A stretch of 62,947 nt of DNA from a virus (Duplodnaviria; Caudoviricetes). How positions within the stretch are numbered: the first letter of the stretch is position 1; every line of letters starts with the position of its first letter. The DNA is taken from positions 1 through 62,947 of the IMG/VR virus record IMGVR_UViG_3300030406_004002; one strand, 5' to 3'. The translations under genes were made by a program, and so were the position numbers. Below the pieces are notes generated by a model. The model saw nothing but the letters and a program-made list of their open reading frames with translations, searched no databases and had not been told where the DNA came from. Shown here one piece after another: positions 27,759 to 36,791 of the stretch.

Positions 27759-30002
27759 TCATACCTCTAAAGACTCCTCTGCACTAGTATTTTCTTCACA
27801 AAAGTCATATTTCCTTGATAAGGATATTGAGAACCTAGTACCACTACCTGAACTAATAGATCTTATTGGTCTGATGTCATCATCCATCTTAGATTGTTGA
27901 ACAATATTTTGTAAGCCTTCTTTTATAGAATCAATGTGAGCAGAACATCCGAAGTGAGCATTTCCATTATTTGCTAAAAATTGTTTTTGAAAAGCAGTAA
28001 CAGTACCACTCCACCACTCATTAGAGAAATCTTTGGTAGATGGTTCAGGATAAGTATCACGGATACCCTCAATAAATATATCTACTAACTCTGATACATG
28101 GGCCTTCCTTGAGTTATCGTAGGTGGCTCTAGCAATCTGAGGGTGTATATAAGGTTTAACACCATATCTTTGTGTACCTTTAAGAGATGCAGGAATCACG
28201 TAATCATCAATAAACTTGGCAAAGAAAGGTAACTCTTTTTCCAAAATGTCTTCTAAGTCATCAGGAAAATCTATCGTAGCTTTTTCTGAGACTACTAAAC
28301 CAAGAAGCTTATCAGCCGTAGCTTGGTCAAGATTAGGCACACTGGCCATGCTCGCAGGATCAGTGTTCAAAGTCATAACTAGTTTTGGTGAATATGGAAT
28401 CTTTGAAGGCTCAAAATATTTGGCCTCCCAGTTTAAATACCTATTAGCTATTGAAGCTTTTACAGTTTCGTCCATACGTTTTTGATCTACTTGGCTACCA
28501 GCATTCACATTATCATCTTGTATCCAACACCCATAATGAGCTAGCTCACTATTAAAGGGTGTCTTACCTGAAAGAAACCTTGATGCAGGTGCTGACCCTC
28601 CAAGTAACGGAGATATTATACCCCCTGACGTAAGTGACTTACCTACACCAGGCCCACCAGATATTATTAAGCACAAGCTTTGTATTATCTTCCTATGGTC
28701 TCCTACCATCAAAGATTTTCTAGCAACATGTAACCAAGAAAACAATGCATGCTTTTGGTCAACCTCTGTGTCTTTGTCAAAGAACTGCTTAAAAAAGTTA
28801 TCTATATATGGGAAGTTTTTAGGGGCTCCATTTTCAGCAGCTTTTAAAATATTTAATCTTGAATCATTTAAGATTCTTTTTCCCTCAAAAATAATCATCT
28901 CTTCTTTTGAGAAAATAATTGGAGCAATGCAGTCGATCCTGTTAAGTACATTGATTCTATCAATAGCTATATCGAGTTCTGAAACCCCTGTTGTTCTATC
29001 TTTCCTAGGTCTAAACCCTGCAATTTTAAGTTCTAGTTCTAGCTGTTGCTTATTTATTTTCTCAATAGTCCCTAGGTCATTTCTTTTAAAATACTTCTCC
29101 CCGTTAGTCCAATACTTACGCAATATACCTGTTATCCTATCCTCTTCGTAATTCTTAACAAACTCTCTACCAAACAAATCAGACCAAGAGTAAAAAGCTT
29201 TAGGTGCTCTTGTAGTAAAACAATGAATACCTTCTTCATGTACGACACAACAGCTATCACTTTCTGGCTTAAAAGGATCAACCATAAAGGCAGCCAACCT
29301 AAGTCCTGGACCGAAATCATCCTTTGCCACATCAAGTCTATCAGGGTAGTTCTCTTGAATCTTGTCATAGATAACGTCAAAAGGTATCTCTGGCCCATTG
29401 GTCCTTTCAGGTGTTTCTGCTGAAGCAGCATAAGAAGCTCCAAGTACAACATCATGAGGAATAGGTTCTCCAATCTTTTGCCATTCAGTACCTATCTCAT
29501 AAGTTTGGGAAGCATTTAAACAAGCCTCATCCCACTCAGGGAACATGGTTGTAACCTTCAACTTAACATCTAGCCTCTTATATAAAGCTGCAAAAGTATT
29601 ATCTGTTGTAAGCACAGACTTATCCCAAAGCCAAACTAGCCTAGGGTAACCTGAGAAAGATTTAGATATGTAAGTAGGTCGTAAACCATCACCACAGTTG
29701 ATATCGATGATCTTCATCCAATCATCGTTATCAGGTTTAGCATCATAGTCGGCTATCAACCCATGAACTTCTCTGACAGGATTATCCGCACTTATAGGAA
29801 AGTTTGGGTTATCACCTGTGCATAGAGTTATAAATGCATGGTCAGTAGTTGGTTTTCCACACCACTCTTTAAACTTAGGTTTTAGCTCTACAGTAGGGTT
29901 TGAAAATTCAGGGGGTCTTTTCTTAACTTTAGTTAAAGCTTCTATATCATCACATTTTGTAGCCGTAGTATCTACGAAGTTCTTTTTGTATCTAAATATC
30001 AT
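27759..30002 (-). CDS. Primase-helicase (N-terminal primase-like domain, C-terminal P-loop NTPase)
   Basis: IADYD and SFSGYPRLVW N-terminal motifs; Walker A GGPGVGKS, QDD, EAKY, TLN; ATG 30002 overlaps the polA stop. Confidence 0.75.
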   Translation of the reverse strand: MIFRYKKNFVDTTATKCDDIEALTKVKKRPPEFSNPTVELKPKFKEWCGKPTTDHAFITLCTGDNPNFPISADNPVREVHGLIADYDAKPDNDDWMKIIDINCGDGLRPTYISKSFSGYPRLVWLWDKSVLTTDNTFAALYKRLDVKLKVTTMFPEWDEACLNASQTYEIGTEWQKIGEPIPHDVVLGASYAASAETPERTNGPEIPFDVIYDKIQENYPDRLDVAKDDFGPGLRLAAFMVDPFKPESDSCCVVHEEGIHCFTTRAPKAFYSWSDLFGREFVKNYEEDRITGILRKYWTNGEKYFKRNDLGTIEKINKQQLELELKIAGFRPRKDRTTGVSELDIAIDRINVLNRIDCIAPIIFSKEEMIIFEGKRILNDSRLNILKAAENGAPKNFPYIDNFFKQFFDKDTEVDQKHALFSWLHVARKSLMVGDHRKIIQSLCLIISGGPGVGKSLTSGGIISPLLGGSAPASRFLSGKTPFNSELAHYGCWIQDDNVNAGSQVDQKRMDETVKASIANRYLNWEAKYFEPSKIPYSPKLVMTLNTDPASMASVPNLDQATADKLLGLVVSEKATIDFPDDLEDILEKELPFFAKFIDDYVIPASLKGTQRYGVKPYIHPQIARATYDNSRKAHVSELVDIFIEGIRDTYPEPSTKDFSNEWWSGTVTAFQKQFLANNGNAHFGCSAHIDSIKEGLQNIVQQSKMDDDIRPIRSISSGSGTRFSISLSRKYDFCEENTSAEESLEV

Positions 30003-31825
30003 TTTTGGTATCGGTTTACTATTTTGCCTTCCGCTTCGAGGGGAATGTCTGCGATCCAATCTGGAGCGGTAGACATTATATCAAGCACTTGTTCTAGTGT
30101 TTGCTCTGCTTTCTTTTCTTCCACTTCGATAATAAACTCATCGTGGACATGAAAAATTATTTTTATACCTGCTTCTTCTAGCCTTAACATCATGTCGGAA
30201 AAGATATCCCTAGATAAAGCTTGTGAAGCATTCTCTGTAAGAAGACCTCCCCATGCTCTCATAGGAACTTTCTTGTTATGTTTGAACTGATGCACAACCC
30301 AGTTCTGCCTTTCCTCTCCTTCATCTAGTTTAACATCCCCATAATCCAGAACCCTACCAGAAGGTAGTTTAATTTGAAATACCCTTTGTATATCATCGGT
30401 AGGTCGGTTGTTAGCTTTTTTAATTTCGTTATCTTTAATTCTTTTTACTTCAGCATGCCAAGCAGCAATCATCTTGTGCTGGTATTTTCGCCAAAGACGG
30501 ACTACAGAATCCATATTATTTCTGTATTTCTCAACGTATTCTTGAGCTTGTTCTTCCTCAAACCCTGATATCATGGCAAACTTTTTACCTGATACACCAT
30601 ATCCACATCCTAAGACAATTTGTTTAACTTTATGTCTCAGTTTACCACCCTCCGCTTTTTTAAAACCTTCTTTACCTTCTTCCCAAAAACCTAGTTGTGA
30701 AGCAAACACCTCATAAATATCATCTGATTTTTTTATCTGCTCAAGAACCTTCATATCCCTAGCTAACCAACACAAAGTCCTAACCTCTATTTGTGATAAA
30801 TCAGCTATAATAAACTTATAACCCTTTGGAGCCCTTAACATATGTCTAAGGTTCACTCCAAAATGCTCTGCCCTTGGTAAGTTTTGTAAGTTGAGGTTAC
30901 CTCCACTGCCACTATAACGCCCTGTATGTGCCCCAAAATAAAGACACCCACCGTAATATCTCAAGTCTTCTATCGTAGCGTTCTCAAAACTTTTAATCTT
31001 TTTAAGCAATGCATTTAGTCTTCTGTAATCTCTGACAGCAAGTATGAAGGGATACTTCTCACCATACTTATTAACAAACTCTTCAGCTTCTTCATCTGCA
31101 AGGGCAAGACTAGCAGGAGGCTCGATACCTACTTTTCGACACTCTTCATTGAAGGCAATCCTGGAAAGCGTTGGTTTCTCGCCAAACCAAGGTATACTTT
31201 TCTCAGCGTCAAAAAGTTTGTTAGCCACTACATTCTTATTATCTTCTAGTAGTTGCATATCGATAGGGATACCCCGTTGAACAATCCTTCTATTCGTAGA
31301 GCTAATAGCTCTTTCAAAGTCAGGCCATTTAGGAGATAATTCTTCCCATAGCTTGAGGCAAAGCTCTGAGTCTTTGAGAGCATAGTCATCTACCTCTTTT
31401 TGAAATTCTTCTGACATGTCCTCCCACTTCTTGCCAGACATGTTATCTCGTGTCTCTTTACTGATCTCTAAATTAAAAAGCTCAGTTGTAGATCCTTTAA
31501 GTGATCTAGGCAATCTACAGTAAGCTGCTAGATCCGCAGTGCAGTGCCATTCAGCAAAATCTACTTTAGGCCACCAACCTTTTTCAACGCCCACAAAATA
31601 TAAAGTTTCGTCGAAAGATGCGTTGTGGCTTAGTACTCTATTATCTTTAAGTTTTTCCCATTCAAAATCTTTTGGGTGTCCTACAAACTGTGTACCTTCA
31701 TCGCCCCATATAGAAACTCGGTAGGCATCAAAATCATGGTGGTTAAAATAACCTAATGGACCAAGGACTTGAATAGAACATTCCTTGTCATAATAGGTTT
31801 CAAAATCTAGGGCATAGGTATTCAT
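29999..31825 (-). CDS. polA: DNA polymerase family A with 3'-5' exonuclease
   Basis: ALDFETY, HNASFD, YALKD, TGRYSG, NLQNLPR, ADLSQIEVR, RHKVKQIVLGCGYG, HVHDE. Confidence 0.95.
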   Translation of the reverse strand: MNTYALDFETYYDKECSIQVLGPLGYFNHHDFDAYRVSIWGDEGTQFVGHPKDFEWEKLKDNRVLSHNASFDETLYFVGVEKGWWPKVDFAEWHCTADLAAYCRLPRSLKGSTTELFNLEISKETRDNMSGKKWEDMSEEFQKEVDDYALKDSELCLKLWEELSPKWPDFERAISSTNRRIVQRGIPIDMQLLEDNKNVVANKLFDAEKSIPWFGEKPTLSRIAFNEECRKVGIEPPASLALADEEAEEFVNKYGEKYPFILAVRDYRRLNALLKKIKSFENATIEDLRYYGGCLYFGAHTGRYSGSGGNLNLQNLPRAEHFGVNLRHMLRAPKGYKFIIADLSQIEVRTLCWLARDMKVLEQIKKSDDIYEVFASQLGFWEEGKEGFKKAEGGKLRHKVKQIVLGCGYGVSGKKFAMISGFEEEQAQEYVEKYRNNMDSVVRLWRKYQHKMIAAWHAEVKRIKDNEIKKANNRPTDDIQRVFQIKLPSGRVLDYGDVKLDEGEERQNWVVHQFKHNKKVPMRAWGGLLTENASQALSRDIFSDMMLRLEEAGIKIIFHVHDEFIIEVEEKKAEQTLEQVLDIMSTAPDWIADIPLEAEGKIVNRYQK

Positions 31826-31843
31826 AATGATGGGTGTGTGATG

Positions 31844-31888
31844 GCTCTAGCAGCCTTGGAGAAAGCATAAACCCAAGACCACTAGAGC
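31844..31888 (-). promoter_or_regulatory. 16-bp hairpin in the polA leader
   Basis: GCUCUAGUGGUCUUGG/CCAAGGCUGCUAGAGC pairs fully, with G-U, only on the - strand. Confidence 0.6.
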
Positions 31889-31927
31889 TCCCCTCACATC
31901 AGAAGGCGAACTAACCTACTGAAATTT

Positions 31928-32131
31928 TTATTCTGGTTTTTCAGTACCCGACTCTTCGTTTGACTCTGAATCAGGCTTAGAAAAATGAGTGTTTAAATGC
32001 TCATTAAAAATATTGTGGAGAAAATTCATCCTACCCAAAATTTGTGTAAGATCTTCTAAGTTCTTTCTAACCTCCGCAATACTTGTTTCTACAGTATCAA
32101 TCTCTTTGATTAAGATTTCTCTTTCGGTCAT
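31928..32131 (-). CDS. Hypothetical coiled-coil protein
   Basis: 67 aa; ATGA overlap. Confidence 0.55.
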   Translation of the reverse strand: MTEREILIKEIDTVETSIAEVRKNLEDLTQILGRMNFLHNIFNEHLNTHFSKPDSESNEESGTEKPE

Positions 32132-32799
32132 GAGGTGATATTTTTGTAGTTAGTAGCAAACTCAAGAACATCTTGATCAACTTTGTTTCTGGATATTTTA
32201 AGCATGGGCTCAACCCACTCATTACCCATCCACTCACGATCAACGACTCTCCATGTCCACATTACATTAGCTGGTGAAGCAGCAGGATTAGTAGCGAGGA
32301 AAGTAGCGATTTGCATAAATGTTCCTCTGTATGCCCCTTTGCTTCCCGTATCATAAATACCTAAAGCATAATTAGTGTCTCCTAGTGGATAGTTAAAAGC
32401 ATCTTCATCAGTGCCTTTTCCTTCAGGAATTAGGAAGATTAAGTCGGCAGCAGGTTTGACTTCAAACTCTGTATCACTCTCAATCTCTTCTTTTTCTTGT
32501 TCCGTATAGGCAACACGACCTCTGATCTGTGAACCAAACGGTGCTTGCTCTCTCCACTTCTTCCTAACATCCACAAACACAATGTCTGTTTCACTCGAAG
32601 CAGGGATCACAACGTACTCTTGATCTTTGACCAAGTCACCTGTCTCACCTGCCTTAAATTTAGAACTCGCTTGTCTTAGCGAATATCTTGGGAGTTGAAT
32701 ATCTGAACTATCTACAGTGAATTTAGATTCCTGGGCTAGTTCGTTCTTTTCTACTTCGACAATTTTATTTGTCGCTTCTTTAGCTTTAGTTTTGCTCAT
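32128..32799 (-). CDS. Putative ssDNA-binding/replication accessory protein
   Basis: Sits between the Cas4-like nuclease and PolA; DIQLPRYSLRQ N-terminal motif. Confidence 0.45.
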   Translation of the reverse strand: MSKTKAKEATNKIVEVEKNELAQESKFTVDSSDIQLPRYSLRQASSKFKAGETGDLVKDQEYVVIPASSETDIVFVDVRKKWREQAPFGSQIRGRVAYTEQEKEEIESDTEFEVKPAADLIFLIPEGKGTDEDAFNYPLGDTNYALGIYDTGSKGAYRGTFMQIATFLATNPAASPANVMWTWRVVDREWMGNEWVEPMLKISRNKVDQDVLEFATNYKNITS

Positions 32800-32819
32800 T
32801 TATTTATTTTTAGTTTAAT

Positions 32820-33935
32820 TTAAGTCAATGTGTATCTGGTTTCAGATACATCGACGATTTCTGCCTCACTAACAGCACTCAAAAAGTCCTGCTTCGCTTG
32901 GCCCTTTTCCCCATCTGGGGCTTGTTTACTTACAGCAGTAGCAACTTTTTGCAAAGGGAAAGTTGCTAACGTGAGTAATTCTTCATCCGCCAAGTTGTGT
33001 TCTTTAGCTATTTCCATAAGCTTTTTATTATTATTACACTTCTTAGTGGCTCCCATTGATTTTAATTTTAGGGAGGGAAATTCATGCCCTTCTTTAGCTT
33101 TTGCAACAGCTTTTGCTTTTATTCTAGTAGCCCAATTTGTTACTATTTTAGCAATAGCCCATAGCTGTTCAAGAGTTTCCATGTCTTCAGGATTATCTAT
33201 ATCAGAATCAGGTATTGGATGATCAGCTACTCGTTGAGCAATTTGTATTGCTATAGCCCCTAACGCAGGACACTTACTTTCAAAAGCACAAAACCTACAG
33301 TTTACTGTGGGGTTAACTTCATCAACGGGTGGAGTCCCATACTCCCACTGAGGTCTTATTCTTTCGCCTTCGAGAATAACCCAAGAAAGTTCTTTAGTTA
33401 TTTCTGGCATCTCTTCTCTCTTGAAGACATCGTGCAAGACTTCATTTCTTACAGGCACATAAAATACAAAGGTAATCTCTTTAATATCCTTAAACTTTTG
33501 GAAGGCTCCTAATGTATAAGCTTTAGCTTGCCAGTTATCTCGTGGTGAATCTATATTTGAAATACCTGTTTTATAATCACCCATGATTGCTTTATCACCA
33601 TAAATAATTAGCCTGTCGCAAGTACCCCATGTGCTAGTACCATTCAATTGAACATGGGTTAGCATTTCGTTATGCTCAACATACTCTTCATCCCCAATAA
33701 TCTCTTTCATGAACGCCTCTTCATCTTTACAGATTTGCTCATAGATTTCTAACTCTTCTTCGTTGTGCAAAGCAGAAGGGTCTCTAATTTCTAGTGCCTC
33801 ATGTATGCGAGTTCCTTTTTCAGCAGCTTCATTAGTACCTCCACGACCTTTAAATCCTGGGCAAGAAGCTACATACTTAAGACTTGAGGGCGAAAACTCA
33901 GCGTGTCCTCTGCTACTATGATCTGGATTATCCAT
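32820..33935 (-). CDS. Cas4-like PD-(D/E)XK exonuclease (DUF2800-like)
   Basis: HAEFSPSS..CPG, GTRIH, GTCD, DYKTG, Q..AY, CRFC.....CP (four Cys for an Fe-S cluster). Confidence 0.85.
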   Translation of the reverse strand: MDNPDHSSRGHAEFSPSSLKYVASCPGFKGRGGTNEAAEKGTRIHEALEIRDPSALHNEEELEIYEQICKDEEAFMKEIIGDEEYVEHNEMLTHVQLNGTSTWGTCDRLIIYGDKAIMGDYKTGISNIDSPRDNWQAKAYTLGAFQKFKDIKEITFVFYVPVRNEVLHDVFKREEMPEITKELSWVILEGERIRPQWEYGTPPVDEVNPTVNCRFCAFESKCPALGAIAIQIAQRVADHPIPDSDIDNPEDMETLEQLWAIAKIVTNWATRIKAKAVAKAKEGHEFPSLKLKSMGATKKCNNNKKLMEIAKEHNLADEELLTLATFPLQKVATAVSKQAPDGEKGQAKQDFLSAVSEAEIVDVSETRYTLT

Positions 33936-35220
33936 GTAAAGTTTTAAGGTTTTTAATTTTCTTCTCTATAGACTGCATGACTTTTTCTTCTACAGAATTA
34001 GCAGCCACTAAAATCTTTTGAAGGGCATCTGATTTTGCACCATTCCTGTGTATCCTACCTAAAACTTGTAGGTGGTTCTTTGCAGAGAATGATGGGCTAA
34101 TTAGACTAACCCTAGGGTGTTTACCTTGTGTATCATGCAGAGACAGTCCTGTACCCCCTGCCATTATATTCACAGCTAAAACTCTTGTTTTATCACTTTG
34201 AAAATGGTCAATCACTAGCTGTCGTTCAGCAGTAGTTTGTCCTCCCTCTATAGATCCACAATCAATCTTGGCACAAAAAGCATCAATACTATCTTTATAG
34301 TTTAAAAATACAACAACTGAATAGCCTTGGGACACATAGTCCTTTGCCATATCAACAAGATCTAAAACCTTGTAGCTTTCTGCTAACATTCTAGCTTTGA
34401 TTATATTGACTATATTAAAGTCTGAATCTTCAACAGTCCCTTTATCAATAAACTCTTCAACAATATCAGGGGTGATCCCTAAATCATCATATGCTTTTAT
34501 AATTTTTTTAGGTGCACTAAACTCTATTGGCTCTACAAAGACTCTGTTATTTCTAAAAGAATCAGGGAAGTCTTCGATAGTAAGTTTATAAGTTGTTTCA
34601 CTGTATAGCTTTTCTCTAAGTGGTTTGAGCTTCTTACGGCTCATGATCTTCCATGTCTTCCACTGATCTTGCATACACCCATTGGATAGCATCCAAGAAT
34701 ACCAGCTTCGTTTACCCCCTTCAGATTTATTTAAACTATGTAACCCTAGCATATAGCCAATGGCTCTCATTTCAGTTGGGTCTTCGCAAGCAGTTGCACT
34801 CATGCCATGCACTTGAAACCCTTGGCATATTAAAGATATAAGTAGTTGAGCGTTTTGTGTATATGGACCTTTGGCTTTATGAATCTCGTCCATCAAGATT
34901 AAAGTATTCTCAGGTAACTCCCACTTCATTATCTTCTTACCTTTCTTAGATAAGAATTTTGTATTACCTGTACGGATTTTTTCGTAGTTTATTATGAATA
35001 AAGGAGTTACACCAAATTCTTCTAGCTCTCTTTCCCATGCAGGTATAACGGCTTTAGGACAAACTACAGCTACTGGCCTAGCTAATTCTTTAGCTATGTA
35101 ACTAGCAACTACAGTTTTACCTGTCCCTACACTCGAAGTGTCCATAGTAGACTTTCCTTGACCTAAGACATCAATAAAAAAGTCGGCAGCGGTACGCTGT
35201 TTTGGGAACAATGCTTTCAT
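33928..35220 (-). CDS. Superfamily 2 (SNF2-like) helicase
   Basis: GTGKT, DEIH, SAT, GTGLSL, QVLGRIHR. Confidence 0.9.
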   Translation of the reverse strand: MKALFPKQRTAADFFIDVLGQGKSTMDTSSVGTGKTVVASYIAKELARPVAVVCPKAVIPAWERELEEFGVTPLFIINYEKIRTGNTKFLSKKGKKIMKWELPENTLILMDEIHKAKGPYTQNAQLLISLICQGFQVHGMSATACEDPTEMRAIGYMLGLHSLNKSEGGKRSWYSWMLSNGCMQDQWKTWKIMSRKKLKPLREKLYSETTYKLTIEDFPDSFRNNRVFVEPIEFSAPKKIIKAYDDLGITPDIVEEFIDKGTVEDSDFNIVNIIKARMLAESYKVLDLVDMAKDYVSQGYSVVVFLNYKDSIDAFCAKIDCGSIEGGQTTAERQLVIDHFQSDKTRVLAVNIMAGGTGLSLHDTQGKHPRVSLISPSFSAKNHLQVLGRIHRNGAKSDALQKILVAANSVEEKVMQSIEKKIKNLKTLHG

Positions 35221-35261
35221 TCAGATCCTTAAATACCATTGATAATTAAATTCGTCTAGAA

Positions 35262-35747
35262 TTATTTTCCTCGAATGTAACGAGCAATCAAAAAAGCATC
35301 TATCATTCCATCGTGTGCTTTACTAGCTCTTTTGCTTTTTACCCAACATTCGTCAGGAGCTAAACACTCAGCCTTCCAAGCTGCTGCCTCTTTAGTCATA
35401 CCTTTAGGGACATGCCCTAACATTTTCTTCTGCCATTTATGGACGGAAACACAACAGTGTTCCCATCCTTTTATTTCACATAATCCTTTTATTTTACCAA
35501 AAGACATAGCCATTGATCTTACGGCTTGTGAAGATTTCGCATGATGTAAAGGCTCTTCTATTGCGATTACAAAATTGCTTGGCATTTCATCCAAACCTAA
35601 TATCCATTGATATAATTTATAAGCATCCACTTCTCTCTTGTTCCCACGCTTAAGAGTTGGCATTACTGTTTTATTTATTAATGCTCCTGTTGTTTTAGAA
35701 ATAGCAGCTAACCCACCATCAAGACCGTTATCAATTCCTATTATCAT
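35262..35747 (-). CDS. RuvC-like Holliday junction resolvase
   Basis: IIGIDNG, IAIEE, WQK, HDGMIDAFLIA. Confidence 0.8.
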   Translation of the reverse strand: MIIGIDNGLDGGLAAISKTTGALINKTVMPTLKRGNKREVDAYKLYQWILGLDEMPSNFVIAIEEPLHHAKSSQAVRSMAMSFGKIKGLCEIKGWEHCCVSVHKWQKKMLGHVPKGMTKEAAAWKAECLAPDECWVKSKRASKAHDGMIDAFLIARYIRGK

Positions 35748-36010
35748 TAATCTGGATGTACATGAAGCCGATCAACCACTTTGCAGGATAGTATGAGCCC
35801 ATCACCTTCTGACGGGATCATAACATCTATGTTCTTGACTAGCATTTGTATATAAAAAATTTCTTTAGCAGTTCGTGGGATAACACGATAAAAAGACCCT
35901 ACCCTTTTTTCAGCCTTAAACTGAAAGTCTTTATTAGGCAGATCATACCTAATCATGACTATAGGGTTATTTACCCTTGATCTCTCCTGAAACATTTGGT
36001 GGATCATCAT
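35747..36010 (-). CDS. Hypothetical protein
   Basis: 87-aa ORF coupled to the resolvase. Confidence 0.5.
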   Translation of the reverse strand: MMIHQMFQERSRVNNPIVMIRYDLPNKDFQFKAEKRVGSFYRVIPRTAKEIFYIQMLVKNIDVMIPSEGDGLILSCKVVDRLHVHPD

Positions 36011-36242
36011 TTAGAAAACAGGGGGTTGCATCTCCGTGATTACTAAGTAAAAGCTCAAAGGCATACCTGTCTCTAGCTTCTTTTTCTGTTAAGTCATAGT
36101 TTTCTACTAGGACTGAAATAACCATTCGCTTACTATAACAAGCGATAGGGGGCTGACCTACTCTTTCAATGCTACCAATGAAAGCATCTTGTAGACCATC
36201 GTATAATAACAGGGCGGTATCACCATCTTCTTTTGTTGACAT
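35967..36242 (-). CDS. Conserved phage hypothetical protein (DGLQDAFIG...TPCF)
   Basis: Motif pattern common in aquatic phages. Confidence 0.6.
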   Translation of the reverse strand: MSTKEDGDTALLLYDGLQDAFIGSIERVGQPPIACYSKRMVISVLVENYDLTEKEARDRYAFELLLSNHGDATPCFLNDDPPNVSGEIKGK

Positions 36243-36746
36243 TTATTCTTCTGGTTCTTCTTGGATTTCAGCGTCTACTACATCTTGATTTGCTCCCCAA
36301 TTCTTTTTTAGCAAACTAACATTTATGTTAAGACTGCCGTTAGAATCTCTACCCCTATCTAATCCAGATAAAGCTTTAAGAATATCTATGTTGGATTTGA
36401 TAGCGGTAGAGTGTTTTGGGTTCCTAGGGTCAGCGTTTTGAATTCCTTCATCTACATTTTCAGCAGCTTTTGAAAGTGTTCGAGGAGATAAAAGATTTAG
36501 TAGGGGGTTACTTTGTTTGTTTGTAAACATCTCCACATTATCCCTAATAATTTCTGTGTTCTCTTTAGCTTCATCTTGTTTTTTGACAACTAAATCTTTT
36601 TTCCAAACATCGTTAGCCTTAAGCCATCTCCTGACTGTTTCAGGATTAACATCTAACTTTTTAGCAATAAGTGATACCCCAAGATTGCTCTTGGTATACA
36701 TATCAATAGCATCTTGTATTAGTCTTTTCCTAGTGTCTTTATCCAA
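36243..36746 (-). CDS. HTH protein, probable terminase small subunit
   Basis: IAKKLDVNPETVRRWL HTH, helical core, LNINV strand and VVDAE acidic tail; head-to-head with TerL. Confidence 0.55.
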   Translation of the reverse strand: MDKDTRKRLIQDAIDMYTKSNLGVSLIAKKLDVNPETVRRWLKANDVWKKDLVVKKQDEAKENTEIIRDNVEMFTNKQSNPLLNLLSPRTLSKAAENVDEGIQNADPRNPKHSTAIKSNIDILKALSGLDRGRDSNGSLNINVSLLKKNWGANQDVVDAEIQEEPEE

Positions 36747-36791
36747 ACTATGTAGTATATACTACTATAACTAGACAAATTCAAGTATACG

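Noticed and set aside
32820-33935. Cas4-like gene as part of a CRISPR-Cas system
   Set aside because: No cas1/cas2 or array; it sits in a standard phage replication module.
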